Below are positions 28,369 through 32,000 of a DNA stretch of 32,000 bases, one piece after another. Numbering within the stretch: the stretch's first letter is position 1; each line of letters begins with the position of its first letter. Below the pieces are notes generated by a model. It searched no databases, was not told where the DNA came from, and saw only the letters and a program-made list of their open reading frames with translations. Both the position numbers and the translations under genes were made by a program. The DNA is from Nitrosospira multiformis ATCC 25196. Lineage in GTDB: Bacteria; Pseudomonadota; Gammaproteobacteria; Burkholderiales; Nitrosomonadaceae. The stretch covers positions 2,910,001 through 2,942,000 of the forward strand of contig NC_007614.1 in the NCBI RefSeq assembly GCF_000196355.1. The letters run 5' to 3'.

Positions 28369-29046
28369 CTATGGTAGCAGATGCCCGTGGATTTCGCGGC
28401 TGGTGGAAGGTTCCAGATGCCGGGTTTCAAGCTTTTCGCGATAACCTTCGAGCAGATTTTCCATTTCGACGCTCTTCATCCCGGTGAACGGTTCGGCCTC
28501 CAGGATCGCGTTCAGAGGCCCCTTGCTGGTATACCAATCCACCAGCTCGCGCCCGATGCGATAGAGCTCCCCGTTATTCGTTTCACACAGGTTTCTGTGT
28601 TCTCCCTCCTTTGCCAGCGCCGCTGCCGTGATCTTCAGATCCTGTTCCAGCTGTTTGCGCTGGAGATCGAGTTCCTGGTTCTGTTTCTGCGCTTCCTTGA
28701 GTTGGGCGCTCAATTCCGCTTTTTCCCGGCTTGCCGCTTCAATATCCTTTTGGAGGCGAGACGCCTTGGCTGCGGCACTGGCCGCAGACTTTTTATGAGA
28801 CTCCGTTTCCCTGCCGGCATTCTTCAGCGTTTCTTCCAGCGCCGTTTTCTCCTGATCGAGTGCCGATTTCTGCTGCTGCATTTCGTTCAGCTGCTGTTGC
28901 ATGCGCCGCAGCATCTGTCGCTCTTTCTTGGCATTCCTGTCGGCGGCGGTGCCCGCTGTGCCGGCGGAGGGCCAGGAGGCTGCCAACAGAGCAACGATCA
29001 TCCCCCGGACCAGGAGCGGCAGAAGCTTTTTTTTCCGGCGGCTCAT
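28369..29046 (-). CDS. Periplasmic/exported coiled-coil protein, last gene of the exbBD-tonB-porin operon
   Basis: Signal-like N-terminus MSRRKKKLLPLLVRGMIVALLAASWPSAGTAG then long heptad-rich region LNEMQQQKSALDQEKTALEETL...; 13 bp from the upstream stop. Confidence 0.75.
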   Translation of the reverse strand: MSRRKKKLLPLLVRGMIVALLAASWPSAGTAGTAADRNAKKERQMLRRMQQQLNEMQQQKSALDQEKTALEETLKNAGRETESHKKSAASAAAKASRLQKDIEAASREKAELSAQLKEAQKQNQELDLQRKQLEQDLKITAAALAKEGEHRNLCETNNGELYRIGRELVDWYTSKGPLNAILEAEPFTGMKSVEMENLLEGYREKLETRHLEPSTSREIHGHLLP

Positions 29047-29059
29047 GATATTCTTTTCT

Positions 29060-30745
29060 TCAGAATCTGGCGTTCAGATCCAGATTGACGGAATCGATCG
29101 ACAGCGGCAATCCGCTGATATTGTCGTATGACATATAGCGAAGTCCCACCCAGGTATTATGGGCTACGCCATACAAACCCTGAATGGTGTAGCCCTTGTG
29201 ATTGGTGCCGCCCAGCAGGTAATTGGAATCGGTAAAGGCGTCCAGCATCGAATCCCGCTCCGACCGGCGGTAAAACCCGAGAACCTGCCACTGATGCCGC
29301 TCGGAAATGACCGGATAACCCACCGTGAGGCGAGCCTGGTATGCATTGATTTCCGGCTTGATATCCTGGCCGGTGCGGGCAAGAATCCTGTCCTGGTCAT
29401 ACCCCACATTGCGCGCATAATCCAGCGTTCCGATTACATGGATAGGCTTGAATCTGGAGTAGTCGGCCACCAGGGTCGCGTTTGCGATCTTGTAATCAGA
29501 AGCCAGGGCCCATAAGTTCGTGGTCGGGTCGCCATCGTTGTCGATGTTGAAAAGACTGTTGCCTTTTTGGCGGAATAACGGGGCAGTCTGGTTGAAAAGG
29601 GTATCGCCGAAGTTGGGATTGCGAACACCACTGATATTTTCAAAATCATAATAAGCTGCCCCCAGCCGGATTTTGGTGTCGGCACCTTCCGGAACCCACT
29701 CTATTCCGGCCTGGGCGCCATAAAACCACTTATCCTTGGCTTTGACCGTCTCGCTTTGATTTATTTTTTGCAATGGAAATATGCCCGCATTGAGAAACGG
29801 CTTGATCGTTCGCTCCTGCTTCTTCCAGGGATGAAGATTGACCGCGAGTCCCTCGAAGTTCACGTCCGCGTCCCACAGCAGGTCCGTATGCACCACGCCA
29901 GCGGTGGGGATGGTGTGGGGCGCTTTCCCGATTGTGCCGGTATATATGTTGCCAACCGTGCCCACGAAGAAAGGATTGGGAAAACGCCCTCCGCTGACAG
30001 TCAGCCAGTCCCAGGGGGAAAGCTTGAGATAAGCCTGATCCAGCACGAAACTGAATTTACTGTTGTAAGTGCCCAGCGTCTGCAAGGTAGAGGTGGGGGA
30101 TCCGCCCATCAAGTCCCCCGTGACGGCCGGCCCGTTGACATTACCGGTGGTCAAGCGAAGCCCCAGATCTACTCCCCGCGTGACATTGGCATTAATCCCG
30201 AGACGCATGCGGATGCGCTCGCGGTGATGACTGTCTTTGGTCGTGTTGTCGATTTGCTGACCGATCGCCTGGAAATTGGCTGCCGGCGCATTGCGGTCAC
30301 CGAAGAAATCCGCCTGCTCGCGCAACCTTATATCCCCTTCCAGGGTAAAGCGATCCAGCCATTCAGGAGTGGCATTTACATTGCCCCAGCGTTCCTGCTT
30401 GGCCTGGCCCACCACTTCCTCGCGCAACTGATCACGAATCTCTTTCTTGATGTGCTCGGGAACGTAAGTCACCCGTACCTCGCCCTTTTTCGGCTCCCCG
30501 GCGGGGGGCTGCCCACCCTGTTCCCGTGCTTGCTGCTGGGAGGCTTTCGCTTTCTGCTCCGCCTTCCTGATCATTTCATCAGCAACCTCCTGCTTGATGA
30601 CGCCCTGCTCCACCAGGAGATGAATCAGGTTCAGGGTAGTCTCATACAGGACTTCTATCTTTTCGTGCTCTTCAGTTTTTGCGTCGACGCTGCCCATGGC
30701 CGCCAAGGCCATGACCGCGCCTGCGAGCATCGCAGGGATTCTCAT
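29060..30745 (-). CDS. Putative porin (Porin_5-like) with N-terminal coiled-coil segment
   Basis: Signal peptide, LLVEQGVIKQEVADEMIRKAEQKA, WLDRFTLEGDIRLREQADFF, many alternating beta-strand segments, C-terminal ...SVDLNLNARF. Confidence 0.85.
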   Translation of the reverse strand: MRIPAMLAGAVMALAAMGSVDAKTEEHEKIEVLYETTLNLIHLLVEQGVIKQEVADEMIRKAEQKAKASQQQAREQGGQPPAGEPKKGEVRVTYVPEHIKKEIRDQLREEVVGQAKQERWGNVNATPEWLDRFTLEGDIRLREQADFFGDRNAPAANFQAIGQQIDNTTKDSHHRERIRMRLGINANVTRGVDLGLRLTTGNVNGPAVTGDLMGGSPTSTLQTLGTYNSKFSFVLDQAYLKLSPWDWLTVSGGRFPNPFFVGTVGNIYTGTIGKAPHTIPTAGVVHTDLLWDADVNFEGLAVNLHPWKKQERTIKPFLNAGIFPLQKINQSETVKAKDKWFYGAQAGIEWVPEGADTKIRLGAAYYDFENISGVRNPNFGDTLFNQTAPLFRQKGNSLFNIDNDGDPTTNLWALASDYKIANATLVADYSRFKPIHVIGTLDYARNVGYDQDRILARTGQDIKPEINAYQARLTVGYPVISERHQWQVLGFYRRSERDSMLDAFTDSNYLLGGTNHKGYTIQGLYGVAHNTWVGLRYMSYDNISGLPLSIDSVNLDLNARF

Positions 30746-30760
30746 TTCGTTCTCCGGACA

Positions 30761-31438
30761 TCAGGCGCGCGAGGTCACGCGTATTTTTAACGGCTGCGGC
30801 ATGTCTGCCGGCGGACCTTCGCGCAACGCCTTCAAGCTCTGCAGTACATCTTCCAGCAATTCATCAACCCGCGGGTTGCCGGTCTTGTCGACCAGCGCAA
30901 CCCGTGCCACTTTCCCACCGGCATCGATCCACACTTTCACTACTACCCGGTACGTCTTGTCCTTGAGCCCCTGTTCCCGCGATAGCGCATCCTGAAAGGC
31001 GGAATTCACCGCCTCGTTTACTATTGCGTCATACCAGGCCCAAGGATTCCCCCTGGCGCCACCTATTAGATCGGCGCCGCCTTTTTTCCCGACAAGGCCG
31101 AATCCATCGCCATCCCCCGTCCCTTCGGCATCGACCCCCAGATCCGGGCCGGGAGGCGGCTCATCCGCTTTCTCCATGGGTTCGGGGGCAGGATCCGGCA
31201 GCTTCACTTCTTCCTTTACTACAGGTTCGGGCGGCTTCTGCTCCGGGGGCGGAGGGGGAGGAGGCGGAGGCTTGATCAACGTGATTTGCTGTAGCGAACG
31301 CTTCGGGGGCGGCTCATCGCTTCCCAGAAGCCCCTTCAGCCATAATCCCAGCATGATCGCCCCCGCCAGGCAAAGTACAACAACTCCCCATCGTGCCCAG
31401 CCAGGCCAATTGGGCGAATCCGGGCTAGACGCCTCCAT
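30761..31438 (-). CDS. tonB: Energy transducer TonB
   Basis: Single N-terminal TM, polyproline stretch IKPPPPPPPPPEQKPPEPVVK, C-terminal TonB-like YRVVVKVWIDAGGKVARVALVDKTGNPRVDELL. Confidence 0.85.
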   Translation of the reverse strand: MEASSPDSPNWPGWARWGVVVLCLAGAIMLGLWLKGLLGSDEPPPKRSLQQITLIKPPPPPPPPPEQKPPEPVVKEEVKLPDPAPEPMEKADEPPPGPDLGVDAEGTGDGDGFGLVGKKGGADLIGGARGNPWAWYDAIVNEAVNSAFQDALSREQGLKDKTYRVVVKVWIDAGGKVARVALVDKTGNPRVDELLEDVLQSLKALREGPPADMPQPLKIRVTSRA

Positions 31439-31452
31439 CAGCCGTCATGCCA

Positions 31453-31857
31453 TTACTTCACCAGGCGCTGGGTGACGAGGCCCAGTTGCGTTATATCCAG
31501 TTGCCCGAGTAATTCGAGGACTTCCATCACCTTGCCGTACTGCACCACTGTATCCCCCTTGACTACGACCGGCAGCTCCGGATTGGCTGCTTTCAACTGG
31601 CTCAAACGGGTTTTCAATTCATCCAGTGTTACCGGGTAGGCATCCAGAAAAATCTGTCCGCTCTCGTTGATCGTGATCGCCTTGGTTTGCGGCTTGGCCA
31701 GACTGGGAGAATTACTGGCCTTGGGCAGATTGACCTTTATCCCCTGGACAGATGCTGTTGTCATGATGATGAAAATCACCAGCAAGACATAGGCGAGATC
31801 CAGCATGGGAACGACATTGATTTCGTCGTAAAGCTCGTTTTCTTCCTGAACTTTCAT
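31453..31857 (-). CDS. exbD: ExbD/TolR family biopolymer transport protein
   Basis: ELYDEINVVPMLDLAYVLLVIFIIMTTASVQGIKVNLPKAS...VVVKGDTVVQYGKVMEVLELLG. Confidence 0.95.
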   Translation of the reverse strand: MKVQEENELYDEINVVPMLDLAYVLLVIFIIMTTASVQGIKVNLPKASNSPSLAKPQTKAITINESGQIFLDAYPVTLDELKTRLSQLKAANPELPVVVKGDTVVQYGKVMEVLELLGQLDITQLGLVTQRLVK

Positions 31858-31866
31858 GTCAATCCG

Positions 31867-32000
31867 TCAGCGGCTGTAGTTTTCGGCAAGCTTGGTGATG
31901 AACTCGTCCACGAAAATATGCATCCTGGATACTATGGCCTTGATGCGCGAGGCGAGATAGTTGTAGCCAAAGAGGGATGGAATCGCCACACCCATGCCTG
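31867..32000 (-). CDS. exbB: ExbB/TolQ/MotA family proton channel protein, C-terminal part only (truncated by window edge)
   Basis: Reverse strand gives GMGVAIPSLFGYNYLASRIKAIVSRMHIFVDEFITKLAENYSR*. Confidence 0.85.
   Translation of the reverse strand, partial: GMGVAIPSLFGYNYLASRIKAIVSRMHIFVDEFITKLAENYSR

Noticed and set aside
29756-30790. 344-aa plus-strand ORF
   Set aside because: Antisense shadow of the putative porin; no family features.
31176-31280. GC-rich microsatellite-like GGAGG/GGCGG tract
   Set aside because: Encodes the polyproline spacer of TonB (PPPPPPPPPEQKPPEP), expected for the family.
1-32000. CRISPR arrays, tRNA/rRNA genes, toxin-antitoxin or phage-defence modules, prophage
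   Set aside because: No regularly spaced direct repeats, no cloverleaf-like or rRNA sequence and no recognisable defence or phage proteins were seen; dedicated software was not run.

Overview
This window looks like the chromosome of a betaproteobacterium, probably Nitrosomonadaceae/Nitrosospira-like (inferred from gene content and protein style, not tested). Most of it is housekeeping: metK (3' part), dapF, DUF484, xerC, hslVU, dksA, pnp, rpsO and trpGDC. There are also (a) a hopanoid block (hpnH, hpnM/mlaC-like, hpnN, mlaA/vacJ-like, shc, hpnG), (b) a Gram-negative porin, and (c) a tightly packed exbB-exbD-tonB-'putative porin'-coiled-coil operon. The best candidate for an under-described system is at about 7.4-10.2 kb on the minus strand. 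There, a small secreted protein carries a single EGNCG motif followed by two canonical EF-hand loops. It lies 6 bp upstream of a DUF692/MNIO-family enzyme, followed by its usual DUF2063 (HvfC-like) partner, and then a class I SAM methyltransferase and a flavoprotein. This resembles an HvfA/HvfB/HvfC-type RiPP (peptide-modification) pathway whose precursor has one Cys core motif fused to a calcium-binding-like domain. No CRISPR array, tRNA, rRNA or intact mobile element was recognised.
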